From: Octopus vulgaris
Lineage: Eukaryota
Length of the DNA stretch: 64,000 bases
Reading direction: 5' to 3'
NCBI GenBank assembly: GCA_951406725.2
Contig: OX597814.1
Coordinates: 200,260,001 to 200,324,000 of the forward strand
Position numbers and translations under genes: made by a program. Of this stretch, positions 1-13,246 are shown one piece after another (position 1 is the first letter of the stretch; every line of letters begins with the position of its first letter). Below the pieces are notes generated by a model. The model saw only the letters and a program-made list of their open reading frames with translations, had not been told where the DNA came from and did no database searches.

Positions 1-4
1 ATAG

Positions 5-71
5 GATCTACAGGCGAATGTCAGGGTCTGTTGGTTTACATATTCCACAAAATGTACTTACTGTATTGAAG
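5..71 (+). CDS. PDE1: PDE1 coding exon (first in window; gene starts upstream)
   Basis: AG acceptor at 3-4 and GT donor at 72. Reads (R)IYRRMSGSVGLHIPQNVLTVLK, similar to vertebrate PDE1 RMYRRTSNMVGLSYPPAVIEALK. Phase 0 donor fits the next exon. Confidence 0.88.
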
Positions 72-520
72 GTTAGTCTTATTTTTTTTATCATCATAAA
101 GAGTTTTAACAATTTCAGATACATCAAAAAATATTATTTTAATTTCATAATTTCACACTTGAAAATGCAGAGTTAATTTTATTTCTACCAATAGCTTCGC
201 CATTTTATTTTTTCTTATTAGTGTTGTTCATGATTAATGGAGATAATATCAATATGTTTTTTTTTTTGTGTTGTGATACTTTTGGTTTCTAATTTTACAT
301 ATTAACAGTCAACTGCTTGAGTTTTTATAGCAAAAGATGTTATCAATGGATTATTATCCATATCTCATTTTTGTTCTGGTTTGCAAGATACGTGAAGTGA
401 AATCATTTGTTGAGATTTTGTTGTATATAGGATGGGTTACGATACCTATTTCTTTACTACCCACAAGGGGCTAAACACAGAGGGGACAAACAAGGACAGA
501 CAAACGGATTAAGTCAACAA

Positions 521-863
521 TACCAATAGGAGACACATGCACTGGTTCTATTTTACTCCTTTTACTACTAATAGTCAACTAGTGAACCATTCAACGAATT
601 GGTTGTTTGATTAGTCACTCAGACAGTCAATCAAGCAGGTTCATCAGAATCCTTTCATCACCATTTACTCTGGAGACCTGGAGTAAAGATTATATGTCAT
701 TGATGAGGTTGTGAATTGTGTTTAAAAGACTGACAAACAGGACTGATTGATAGATTAACTGAATGTTTAATCAAACAATCAATTGGTTAATTGGTTCACT
801 AGTTGACTATTAATAGAAAAAGAAGCGAAATATAATCAGTGTGTATGAGTTACTTATTGGCAT
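521..863. mobile_element. Foldback/MITE-like element with ~100-bp imperfect inverted arms
   Basis: taatagtcaactagtgaacca..ttggttgtttgatta (~569-613) is the reverse complement of taatcaaacaatcaa..tggttcactagttgactatta (~768-812), and pairing extends outward. Confidence 0.65.
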
Positions 864-1584
864 AATGACCCACTTAAGGTACAACCAAATTAGCCATACT
901 GACTTCTATGTAAAAGATATTAATTTTTGGAAAACAGTACAATGGAAAATCTTACTTTTAGGAGCCCATGGGAGGAATATAAAAATTATTTAATAAAATA
1001 TTAATTATGTAATGCATATCTTCTGCTAGATGGACTGAGCTGTTAAATGTAGCACTGACCTTTCTGTATTGACTTAGTAGTCTTTGAGCTTTAGCATAGT
1101 AGAGAACAGAAAAATATTAACATGGATAATAGTACAAGAGATGGGAAACCAAAGAAATGCAATAAAAGAGACTTAAAAGAGATTCAGACATGTGGTTGAG
1201 GGTTCAGTCTCATTGTGTGGCAGCTTGGGCAAGTACCCTCTGCTGTAACTCTGGACCGATTAAAGACTAAGGAGAGGTTTTGATAGCTGGAAACTAAAAG
1301 AAACATTTCATATATACACTTCTATATATATATGTGTGTTTCTGTGTCCCCTTGACTTGGCAACAGATGATAGTGAATAAGCATCAGCATCATAAAAGTA
1401 ATGTTGTTCATTTCCAATATTCCACAAAAACATGTCTGGTCAAGGGGGAATATTACCTAAGTTGGAAACCGGTGAGATTTCCAATAGATACAGCATCCAG
1501 CCATAGAAAAGGCAACCTTAACATTTCTGTCTGACCCATGCTAGTATGGAAAAGTGAATGTGAACATGACAATGATGGTGCCTA

Positions 1585-1970
1585 TTCTTTTCTACTCTAG
1601 GCAAAAGGCCTGAAATTTGGGGGGAGGGGGCCAGTCAATTAGATTAACCCCAGTACACAATTGGTACTTAATTTAACGACCCCCCAAAAGGATGAAAGGC
1701 AAAGTCAACATCGGTGGAATTTGAACTCAGAACACAAAGACAGATGAAATACCTATTTCTTTACTACCAACAAACAAGGACAGACAAGGACAGACAAATG
1801 GATTAAGTCAATTATATCGACCCCAGTGCATAACTGGTACTTATTTAATCAACCCAGAAAGAATGAAAGGCAAAGTCGACCTTGGCAGAATTTGAACTCA
1901 GAATGTAGCGGCAGACGAAATACCATTAAGCATTTTGCCCAGTATGCTAACGTTTCTGCCAGCTCGCTGC
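1585..1970 (-). mobile_element. tRNA-derived SINE family A, composite of two units
   Basis: Head GAGCTGGCAGAAACGTTAGC, B box GAGTTCAAATTC and core CTTTCATCCTTT..ATAAGTACCAG, repeated many times in the window. Confidence 0.8.
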
Positions 1971-4228
1971 TGCTGCTGATGCCTTTTGGTAAATTAAAGA
2001 TGCATTTCCCAAAAGTTGATAACTTTTGTTTGATAAAGTAATTGACCTAAAATGCTTGCATTTTTCAGACTATAGGTATATTAGGCCATTGTGTCGTTGA
2101 CTTCACCTTTATGAAAGGTAATTATTTTCCCCAAGTGTAATATACTATAACCATAGGGATTGACTGACCTTCTACAATTTAAAGAGAATTACTAGTCATA
2201 AAGATTGTATATAATAGGAGAAGCATAAAGAGTCTGACCACATAGATAAAGTTGCTCAAAGAAATATGATGACAAAAATGTTATTAAACCTATCTATAGA
2301 TGCAACAACAGCAGCAAGCAATTCTTTCTCCTGACCCCTTTAGCATGGACATGACTCTAAATCTAATTCCTTCTCAAATCAAGGATTCAGCCCAAAATGT
2401 CAAGGACCTTTCTTTTCCTAGGGGCAAACTGTCTTATTCTACTGCGTGAACTGACTGTATCAATAAAAGATTTAGGACAATTATTCTATCATAGAAAGAA
2501 ATGTTATTCATAAGGCTTGGTCGTGTGGTTAAAAAGTTTGCTTCCCAATCACTTGGTTTTGAGTTCAAGTCTCACTGTGAAGCACCTCAAGAAAGTGTCA
2601 ACTATTGCTCTGTGTGGGCTGAAACCTTGTGAGTGAATTTGGCAGATGGAAACTACAAGAAGTTCATAGTGAGAGCATGTGCGTGCCTGCATCTGTGCAT
2701 GGGGATTTACTTTGGACGTCTCTGAAAGTTGCTGAGCGATAAGTCATGGTATTGTTGTCATTTCCTCTCTCAACAAGCTGTCCACTGGTTTGGTGCCTTT
2801 GAGGACATATGGAATGTGGGATACATTACTTGGCAAACAGGTAAAGGCTAGTGATAGGGAAAGTAACTAACTGTAAAACAATGCTTTAATAGTACAGTTG
2901 TCTTAAAAGCAAATGAAAGAATGGAAGAGATATTCTATTCAAAGAATTGTATTGCATCTACATCTAAGGAAACCGAGTTTGTGAGGACCTTTAGCAGATC
3001 TCCCAAATTTAATATTAACTTGTTAAGAAGAATGTAAGTGTTTGAGAGATTAGTAATATTTTATTAATAATCTCTGAAATATTAATAATATTTTACATCT
3101 GAATGTCAAAGAGAATATTTAATTGTTATATCCCTTTATCAATGCTGGCATATGCAAACTTACTTCACATCAATGTTCTACTATTGGATATAATCTAATA
3201 AATATGTATCCAACCATCTAAAGTCTGTCTTTGTATTTACACTCGAGCTGTCATTTAATGACACTTATATGTTTAGTGTTTCCGTGTGTGTGCGTGTGTA
3301 TGGAAAGAGAAAGCCTAACAACTGCAGCATCTCTCTAGACTTCCATTAATTTGTTTTACTTTTGACTACAGCTCTTGCTTCTGAAGGCACACAGCCTAGT
3401 GGTTAGGGTGCCAGGCTGAAGACTGTAATGATATGGGTTTGATTCTTGGACACTGCAGTATACTTGGTCCTTCAGCATTGATCCAGCCTATGCATCTGAA
3501 ATGGGCGTCAGCCTTCACCTCCAGTTGTCACATTACGGATGTTCCACTGGCCTTAGAGTGGAGGTGAACATCTTTGTCTGTTCATGACTATATATATACC
3601 TAAAACCGTTAGCAAAAGCATGGAACACATGGTCATGCCATACTTAGTTGCTAGCAACCAGGTGGTTCTTTTTCTTTTTTGATGGCATTCACTACCGTGA
3701 TTAAGGAAAAAGTACCTCAAGAAGGCATTCTACATACCAAATACAAATCCTGTAGGATCTCAAGTATGTAATATAGTAATGTGATCAACTGAGATTTCTA
3801 AGGAATTTGGTGACAAACATTCTTCTAAAAGTGTTTGAAAGGAAGGAAGTTAGATCAAACGATCAAACTTTTTAGACGATAGACATGGGTGTGTAGTAAA
3901 AAGTTTATTTCCCAACTACATAGTTCCAGGTTCAATCCCACTTCATGGAACCTTGGGCAAGTGTCTTCTACTATAGCCTCAGGCTAATCAAAGCCTTGTG
4001 AGTGGATTTGGTTGAGGGAAGTTGAAAGAAGCGCATCGTATGTGTCTGTGTTTGTCGTCCACCATCACCACTACCACCACCACACTGCAATGGATTTAAA
4101 AGAGCTTGCAAAGCTCTGAGTAGCTCCTGCAATTTCTGCATGGGGCAAAATGTCTCTGATGTTTACTTCACTTTAACCAATCAAACACACATTCAAGAAA
4201 TGTTTAAAGTGCAGCACAAAAACCAATT

Positions 4229-4570
4229 TACATTATTTACACTTGACGGATATTTGTCCTCACCGTGTTTGTTGTTAACACAATACTTTGGCTGATATAC
4301 CCTCCAACCTTCATCAGATGCCCAGGGGCATATGGCACAGTGGTTAAGAGTATGGGCTACTAACCCCAAGATTCTGAGTTCGATTCCAGGCAGTGACCAG
4401 AATAATAATAAAAACATCGAAAAATACCTTAGAAATGAGAACCCAGGTTTAAAATTTCCCCAAGACACCTGGTGAAGGCTGGAGAATATATCAGCTGAAA
4501 CATTGTATTAACAACAAACAAGATGAGGACAAATATCTGTCAAATGTAAATAATGTACATAATTCCTCAT
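4229..4570 (+). mobile_element. tRNA-headed hammerhead-containing SINE (copy 1) with 5' inverted duplication (4229-4321)
   Basis: A box TGGCACAGTGG and B box GAGTTCGATTCC, then a degenerate hammerhead at ~4464-4509. Homologous to the copies at 25982-26480 and 47056-47510. Confidence 0.8.
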
Positions 4571-5284
4571 AAATATAGAACTGGAAAAGCGGTTTGTCAA
4601 ACTTTTTGCACAATACAATGCAGATTAAAGTGGAGCTGGATTTAAGGTAACAACAACAGAACCTATTTGTTATCTTTAATGAAACATCTGTGCATTGGTC
4701 TTGTATAAAGTAACTGTCATTGGAGATATACCTCCCTTCCACACTGCCTGATTAATCCTTTGTTTGGCCTGATCTTTTGAAAAAAAATTAATCTATGTTC
4801 ACTGCCTTTGTTTTACAGCCAGAGTAAACAAAATATAACATAGCTCACTGTGCTTAAGAAATAAACTTTAATTTGCTTTCAAAATAACTGACAGTTTATA
4901 ATTATTTGCATAGATCCATGTTAACTCTTAACATGTTTTAGAATTAGATTGGCAAACTTCATATTGCATCCAAACATAATGAAATAGTTTTTAAATTTTA
5001 GCACAAGGCCAGCAATTTTAAAAGGAGGCGATTACTTGGTTACATAGACTCAAGTACTCAACTGCTACTTATTTTATTGACCCTGAAAGGATGATAGACA
5101 AAGCTGGCCTCATCGGAGTTTGAACACAGAACAAAAAGAGATGGAAAGAAAAGCCTTTAAACGTTTTGTACATGTTAACAAATCTGCCAGCCTCCTACTA
5201 CTACTACTGCTGCTGCTACTACTGCTGCTACTACTACAACTACTACTACTACTACTACAACTACTACTACTAAAAATTATAATA

Positions 5285-5718
5285 ATCCTTTCTACTATAG
5301 GCACAAGGCCTTAAATTTTATGGGAGGAGCCAGTTGATTAGATGAGTCCAGTATGCAGCTGGTACTTAATTTATTGACCTTGAAGGGATGAAAAGGCAAA
5401 GTCAACCTCAGTGGAATTTGAACTCAGAACGTAGTGACAGGCGAAATACCTATTTCTTTATTACCCACAAGGGGCTAAACACAGAGGGGACAAACAAGGA
5501 CCGACATAGGTATTAAGTCGATTACATCGACCCCAGTGCATAACTGGTACTTAATTTATCGACCCCGAAAGGATGAAAGGCAAAGTCGACCTTGGCGGAA
5601 TTTGAACTCACAACGTAGCGCAGACGAAATACCGCTAAGTATTTTGCCCGGCGTGCTAACGTTTCTGCCACTAAGCATTTCGACCAGCATGTTAACAGTT
5701 CTGCCAGTTCACTGCCTC
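5285..5718 (-). mobile_element. SINE family A nested inside another family A copy
   Basis: Two heads and two cores. The inner copy interrupts the outer one between GCTTAG and GTATTTC. Confidence 0.75.
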
Positions 5719-7124
5719 AATAATAATAATAATAATAATAAGTTAATGTCTATTTTCCATGCTGCCACTGGTTGGATGGTTTAACAGGAGCTGGCAAAGC
5801 CAGGAACTGCTCCAGGTCCCATAGTCTGTTTTGGTATGGATTCTACAGCTTCATGCTCTTCCTAATACCAAACACTTTATAGATAATAATAATAATAATA
5901 ATAATAATAGCTATAAAATGTGATGCTTTAGTCAGTTTCAAAATTCTAGACAAGGAAAGAATAAAATATTTTGGAATGAAATGAAATTAAGCATTTTTGA
6001 AATGGAATACTTAGGTGATATTTTTAGTATTACTTAAAAGCATTTCGTTAAGGGAAAGGAAGAATTACATCTCAGTTCTTTCTCACACAATCTTTTGATG
6101 TTGAGGTAATCTGCAGGAGGGTCTCATAGAAGCAATCATGTTTCCAGAGGTGAATTCTTCAAACCCCAAAGAATCCCTCTCAGCACATGGCTATGATGCT
6201 CCCACTTCTTCTGCTCATGATCAGAGACGCACATATCATCAGCCACTAATGGACATGGTCAACTGGTTAAGGTCAAACAACTGACAAGCAAATCTGTGGT
6301 ATTGAGCAGAATATTTGCTGTAGCCCATCTTTTATACCAAAACAAAACAATGTACATGATAACACAATCAGTTAAAATCAGAAGCCATGAGAACCATTGC
6401 TTCGTACAGCATCAGAGCAGTTAGTATTATTATTATTATTATTATTATGGCAGTGAGCTGGATGAAATGCTTAGCAGTATTTCACCTGATTTTACATTCT
6501 GACTTCAAATTCTGCAGCGGTTGACTTAAATTTTCATCCTTTTGGGGACGATAAAATAACTACCAGTTGAACTCTGAGATTGATGTAATCGACTCATCAC
6601 CTCTCTCAAAATCACTGCTCTTGTGGCAAAATTTTAAACGATTATTATTATTATTGAGTGTGACAGCACTGCATGCCATCAAAGTGACACTGGGGTAAAA
6701 TATACAAAGCCCAGTATACCCATCATGACTACCCATCTGATAAGAGTACATCAGGCACATGCATCACAACCATATGTGTGTGACAGGGTGATCTCTTATC
6801 AAGATAAACAGTGCATGACTTTGCAGGTGGGGCCCAATTAGAATTTTCTTCAGGTCAAGTAGCCCATCCTGCTCAAAAGGTCCGTGAATAAGGGTTGTTT
6901 AAGGATGTTGAACGAAACACCCATGTTTCCAGAGGAGAATTATTCAAACCTCAAAGAATTCTTCTTAACACATGGCTATGATGCTCCTCCACTACTTCTG
7001 CTCATGATCAGAGAGGCACATATCATCAGCCACCATGGGAAATGCTCAACTGATGAAGGTCAAACAAGTGACAAGCAAATCTGTGGTATTGAGCAGAATA
7101 TTTGCTGTAGCCCATCTTTTATTA

Positions 7125-7490
7125 TTATTACCTCTGCCTTAGCAAAGGTGGTGATATTGTTTACAGTCATGTTTGTTTGTTTGTCCATGGACAAGATACC
7201 TCAAGAACCGCTGAATAGATTCAGATGAAACTATCAGGGATGTCTGGCCTCATGACTGGCGCAAACTGATTAAATTTTGGGATTGATCCAGTACCGGACA
7301 AGGATTCTGGATTATTTTTTCTGATTTTTTACTTAATTTTTGAGAGTGGTCAGATTAATTTTAACTGTTCTCATTTGTGAGAGCATTCGAATTTATTTCA
7401 GATATTCTCATTTTAAATATCATCTCTGGCTAATTGTTTAGAGGACATTGGTGTTGCATTGGTGGAGGTTTGCACTCTCTGAGGGTTATT
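7125..7490 (+). mobile_element. Helentron-associated non-autonomous element (HINE/DINE-like)
   Basis: 5' TTATTACCTCTGCC subTIR, (GTTT)n microsatellite, 3' GGTGGAGGT subTIR followed by a short GCACTCTCTGAG stem-loop, in a TT/TTA context. Confidence 0.6.
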
Positions 7491-8946
7491 ATTATTATCA
7501 TTATTATTATTATTATTATTATTATTAAAATGATGAGTCTAAATACTAAAGAGAATCATACAGCTTATCTGGGGAAAGGGGCATGAAATTTGTTCTTAAT
7601 GCAATATTATATTATCCTGGGTTCCTTTAAGAATTTTCATAATAGCTCTTACTAAAGAACTCAATGGAAAAACTCAATGTTTGTGAATTGATAATACATC
7701 TAAACTTCAATCCAGTGATTCTCAACTGGGATTCATTAAAGGTTTTGTTAAAATTTGTGTGCAATAAACTGGTTATATTTCAACAGTACACCAAATTTTT
7801 TAACAATTTTTTTAAAATACAATTCCTAATGATATTTAATAATAAGAGTATAACAAGTTTTTAGACATTGAAATGCTATGAGGGTCTCCTTTCTTTGAGT
7901 AAAACAGGACTCAAAAGGTTCCTTAGGCAAAAAATGGTTGAGAACTAAGGGTGCAGGCCAAAACTACGTGCCCTTCCCCTCCATTGGTCACTTGAAGCTT
8001 AGTGTCATGTAACAGTTTGCTGGTGCTGGAGCCTACCAGTAGGTATTTAAAGGGACATTTGGCAGGATGGTCAGTTCCCTGCTGATATTTGTTGACGTTG
8101 TATCAAAGAAACCAAAGAACAAAAGGAAAAAGGAGAAAGAAGAAATGCACTCAATACCAGAACTGAAGACACCTATGAAAGGGGGCCCCACCATGTCGAA
8201 AACGGTAGAGGAGTAGGGGCTGAAACCAGACACGGTTCTGATTGATGATGTCTTTAGTCACTGGATCCTATAAAGGAGCTGCTTGAGGTAGTGAACCACG
8301 AAGCATGGTTGGAATTCCAGCTCTAATCTATGCAACTATAAAAGGATTGGAGTTGTCTTTTCCCTTCCTTAATTAAGATTTACATGACTCTCACATGAAA
8401 ACACAGGAATTTTTTCATGCTGTTTCCTGCCACAACAACATTTGCTGCCCCTACATCACTTCCTTGACTGCACTTTCCCAAATATGTGCTGCTCCTCTCC
8501 CTCCCTTCCTAAGAATATGAAAAATCAGTTTTACCAGCAGCATAGAGAGTTATATAACTAAATACTACTACAAGACAATTTGTCCAGTACCACCTTCCCA
8601 CAGACAAATACATTGAAAAATCCAGTTCTGATGTGTAACAATGCTTAAGTCATTGTTACAATAGCTACAATGTATACATCTGAAATAAATGCTCAAGATG
8701 TAGGAAGAAATTATCAATAAATCTAAATATAAACAGATATATTGATGCTATATTGTGTGTACAGATGTTCTTTTGTGTATAAGAGACCCATTGAGAAATA
8801 CAACGAAAAAAATTTATACAATAAACTGTATAATGGAGATGTTAGCGTTTGTCTACTTAAAGTAAACTCACTTCACTATTGCTGTGAGATTTGAGTGTCA
8901 TCATCATTTGGCCCCAGGTCAGTTCCGATTAAGCAGATATGCTTAA

Positions 8947-9187
8947 CCCATGAGCATTCAGATTACTCTGTTAAATGTAAAGCTTATTTATTCAGATTGT
9001 TTTGAATTGGTCATGTGTTATCTCGTAGCTTTGACATTTTGATGACGTGATTGCTTATTTTTAGAAATTCTGGGATAGGTAGGAGAGGCCAGATCTGTCC
9101 AGTTTGAACATAAAATGGATGGAATATTTAGGCTAGATGTGGTCAGTAATATTTAGGCTAGATGTAGTCAGTTTAAATACTAAAGGG
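8947..9187. mobile_element. piggyBac-type MITE
   Basis: Flanked by TTAA at 8943-8946 and 9188-9191, with termini CCC..AGCATT and AATACTAAAGGG. Confidence 0.6.
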
Positions 9188-9688
9188 TTAATGATTTTTC
9201 CCCCAAGGTAACCCATCATGTTTTAAGGAATAGTGTATCTAGGACTACATTATTTTACATGTCCTTCGTTTCAAGACAATACAGTGTAATTCGAAGAATT
9301 TTTGGCTGCTGTTTCTAAGAAGTCAAATTAACACTTAGAGAGACTTTCATTAACTCGCTATTTTAAAGGTTTACTGTATGAGAGACATGGCAAACAATAA
9401 AATTTTTAATGTATGCAAATATCTGAACTGGCGAAAGATTAATTCTATAAAGCTGTAGAACATCAAACAGCAGCGACAGTCAACTGTTAGAATTGATATG
9501 GTTTTTATATATTTATTTTATTTACCTGTGGGCTTTCCTGGCAAGTTGAACAGATTGTTTCAAGTATGTGAATAATGTATCTTTTATTACAACAAAGGAA
9601 CCATCAGGTTATATTTCATTTCGTGTGTGTGTGCGTGAGAGAGAAAGAACCTTTGTTTCAACATCATGATTGTAAACAAGCATTACCA

Positions 9689-9914
9689 ATTTCTTTACTA
9701 CCCACAAGGGGCTAAACACAGAGGGGACAAACAAGGACAGACAAACGGATTAAGTCGATTATATCGATCCCCAGTGCGTAACTGGTACTTATTTAATCGA
9801 CCCCGAAAGGATGAAAGGCAAAGTCGACCTCTGCGGTAATTGAACTCAGAATGTAGCGGCAGACGAAATACCGCTCAGCATTTCGCCTGGCCTGCTAACA
9901 TTTCTGCCAGCTCG
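9689..9914 (-). mobile_element. SINE family A with 12-bp TSD
   Basis: CAAGCATTACCA is duplicated at 9677-9688 and 9915-9926. Confidence 0.88.
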
Positions 9915-10944
9915 CAAGCATTACCATCATACAAACGATGTTGCTTTTAGTCCCTCACGAAAAACATGACTGGTCATAGGGAAATATTAACTTGCTTGAA
10001 AACGAGTGTTGGTGACAGAAAGGGCATCCAGCTATGGAAAATCATCTGACACATGCAAGCATGGAAAAGTGGATAATGAATGATGATGATCACACACACA
10101 CACACTTATAGATATACTGGTGGGTGGGAGAACAAATGCTTTTAAACATTAAAATGTTTTTTCACTTCTTGCTATTTTAGAGTATCTATTTTCTTTAGAA
10201 TATCTGTAAAGATCCATGGGTAGGATTGTGTTTTTATCGTCACGTCTGCTATTGAAATTTGATTTTTTTTTTAGAATTTCGACTTCAATGTATTAATTAT
10301 TTGTAACACAAAATCTAACATTTCTAAAAATGACACAATGACTCCTACATTACGTACACAGTTGTACAACGTAAATGCTAAGATATAAATACACAACATT
10401 ACTTATCTAAATCAAATTTAGCAGACATGAAATCATCTGCACTGCAGTAGTTACATTTCATTATTGCAATCTCATTGTCTCTTGTTAATTCTGTTGTACT
10501 AAAGGTGAGAGAGGTTCAGCCGGATCAATATATCTAATTATTACTATATTTGAAATGTATAATCTGCTATTGAAATCTCACAATCAAATATTCTGTGAAA
10601 TACATCTAAGGGAGTGATTCCGAAATGTGTTGATTAGAAGGTTTCCTGAAAATTGATGATATATATTCAGTCAACAGTAACTGATTATTGTAACTATGGG
10701 TAATGAAGTCTAAGTAAAACTACAGATAATGAGATTTAAGTTAAAGTGTCATATGATATGATAACAGATGCTAAGAGCGAAGTAGACTTAATAAAACTTA
10801 CTTATAAAGTATGTTATTTCCTAAAATGTTTACTTTTTCAGTTTGAATTCTCTTCATAAGAATCAACGGATCAATGATTAATGGTTTTACGCAGTGCTTT
10901 AAAGGAGGCAATAGAAGTCTGTGAGGCAATTAAGGATGGCATTA

Positions 10945-11177
10945 GGCGGTGAGCTGGCAGAAACGTTAGCACGCTGGACGAAATGCTTAGCAGTATTTCG
11001 TCTGTCTTTATGTTCTGAGTTCAAATTCCACTGAGGTCGACTTTACCTTTCATCCTTTCGGGGTTGATTAAATAAGTACCAGTTACGCACTGGGGTTGAT
11101 ATAATCGACTTAATCCGTTTGTCTGTCCTTGTGTGTCCCTTCTGTGTTTAGCCACTTGTGGGTAGTAGAGAAAGAGG
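10945..11177 (+). mobile_element. SINE family A, full length
   Basis: GGCGGTGAGCTGGCAGAAACGTTAGC head, B box, core and tail. Confidence 0.88.
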
Positions 11178-11365
11178 TTATTTCTATGATTTCCCAGATG
11201 CAGTCACAAAGATAAAATAGACAGTATATAACCAGTGATTTATCAAAATGCTGTTCAAACATAAGTTCTTTTATTCATGGATATGGGTTCAACAGAAACA
11301 GACAGAAGCAAGTATAGCAGTGGCTCATATTGCAGTAATGTGCAGAGACTAGGAAGTTTATGTAA

Positions 11366-11735
11366 TCTCTATATATATAAACGGCAAAATGTCTGTCTGT
11401 CTGTCTGTGTCCTTAATACAAATCCACAATTTTTCAGTTAGAGGGCTCGCACTTTCTATGGTCATTCAAAACCATCCAAGGGTGGTTGTGCACATCTTTA
11501 CATTTCCCCAGTCACCCTGCAAAGCCATTAAAAAATCAATAGAAGTGACCTTTTTGTGAATTTTCTATCCAAAACCCAATCAAAATGCCCGAAACTTGAT
11601 ACGCCAATTGAATGTCAACTAGGTGTATGTGATTGGTCGGATATTTGGACAGTACTCATGTGTATGTGTGAATGCACACAGCTGTATATGCATGCACTAG
11701 CACTACGACCAGGCGTTGCCGGGTCATAGTGCTAG
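11366..11735 (+). mobile_element. Non-autonomous Helitron
   Basis: Starts TC(TCTATATATATAAA) after an A, contains (GTCT)n, has a GC-rich subterminal hairpin GACCAGGC-GTT-GCCGGGTC and ends CTAG before a T. This matches an A^T insertion with no TSD. Confidence 0.8.
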
Positions 11736-11754
11736 TAATTTATAAATATGTACA

Positions 11755-12105
11755 GGCGCAGGAGTGGCTGTGTGGTTCCGGGTTCAGTCCCACTGCATGG
11801 CATCTTGGGCAAGTGTCTTCTGCTATAGCCCCAGGCCGACCAATGCCTTGTGAGTGGATTTGGTAGACGGAAACTGAAAGAAGCCTGTCGTATATATGTA
11901 TGTGTGTGTTTGTCCCCCTAGCATTGCTTGACAACCGATGCTGGTGTGTTTACGTCCCCGTCACTTAGTGGTTCGGCAAAAGAGACCGATAGAATAAGTA
12001 CTGGGCTTACAAAGAATAAGTCCCGGGGTCGATTTGCTCAACTAAAGGCGGTGGTCCAGCATGGTTGCAGTCAAACGACTGAAACAAGTAAAAAAGTAAG
12101 AGAGA
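11755..12105 (+). mobile_element. SINE family B (tRNA head, CORE-like body, CR1-like 3' tail)
   Basis: Homologous to copies at 32448-32950(+), 33745-34135(-), 34960-35270(-), 46587-46965(+) and 47702-47977(+). Confidence 0.85.
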
Positions 12106-12459
12106 GTATGTATGTGTATACATGATCCGTCTGACCCATGCAAGCAAAAAAAAGGGAAAGTGGAAACAATGATTTAACATATATGTGTACACATGCACAA
12201 AATTAATGAAGTAATGATACAGGATCAAAAGGAAATGTGCAGAAATTCGAGTACTTGAAGAGACTTAAAATACAACAGTTTGAGTAACCATTTCTGATAT
12301 CATGGTATTTATTCATGGCATATTTTACAACCCATTTGTAATCAGTGAAGATTAACTGGAAATTTAAATCTCTGTAACATCCTATAAAGGTGTATTACTG
12401 AAAGACAACCCAAACTATATGCACCGATATATTTTTATTTCTATTTATGCACCCTTTTC

Positions 12460-12737
12460 AAGCCTAGCCAAGCTCATCGGCCCGGTTTCCCGGTTTCTGT
12501 GGCGTATGTGTTCCCCACCAGCTGGATGGGACGCCAGTCCATCACAGCGTTACTCAAGAAACAGGAAGAAAGAGTGAGAGAAAGTTGTGGCGAAAGAGTA
12601 CAACAGGGGTCACCACCACCCCCTGCCAGAGCCTCGTAGAGCTTTAGGTGTCTTCGCTCAATAAACACACACAACATCCGGTCTGGGAATCGAAACCGCG
12701 AGTTCACTGCCCTAACCACTTGGCCATTGCGCCTCCA
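12460..12737 (-). mobile_element. tRNA-derived SINE
   Basis: Minus strand reads GGAGGCGCAATGGCCAAGTGGTTAGGG..GGTTTCGATTCCC (A and B boxes). Confidence 0.7.
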
Positions 12738-13135
12738 AGCACCAATATATATGACAATGTAAAAATACCTAAGAATATTAATTGCACTATCAAACAGCAA
12801 GACATTCTTACATAAGTGAACAAGAAAGATCTTTTCCAAATGGCATGAATTCTTCATTGGTATTATTTCAGGCATTTATTCAAAAGCAACTATTTTTTTG
12901 TTCTGTCACAATTTTAAAGTCTTTTCTTTTTTTTTCTTTAAATTTTCTTCGAAACATATCTATGGCTACAACACTTCATTGTCTCAGAGACAGTTTAAAA
13001 TATTCCAAAAGCTAATTTGTATGAATCTTAGAAGATCTGATTATCATGCAGTATAAAAGTTGTTAAATTCAAATATGTATGATATATGCATTTAGACAGT
13101 CATTATAATTTCCTTGAAATAACTTATTTTTTCAG

Positions 13136-13246
13136 AATCTAGATGACTGGAGTTTTGATGTGTTTGCAACCAATGAAGATTCACATGCACTCAAATACGT
13201 TGGTTATGAACTGCTACAGAAGTATGATTTACTCAATAAATTCAAA
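13136..13246 (+). CDS. PDE1: PDE1 coding exon
   Basis: tttttcag acceptor and gtaagt donor. Reads NLDDWSFDVFATNEDSHALKYVGYELLQKYDLLNKFK (PDE1 WSFDVF motif). Confidence 0.95.

Noticed and set aside
5110-5314. Poly-Leu / poly-Ser ORFs
   Set aside because: They come from a (CTA/CTG)n trinucleotide tract lying between SINEs.
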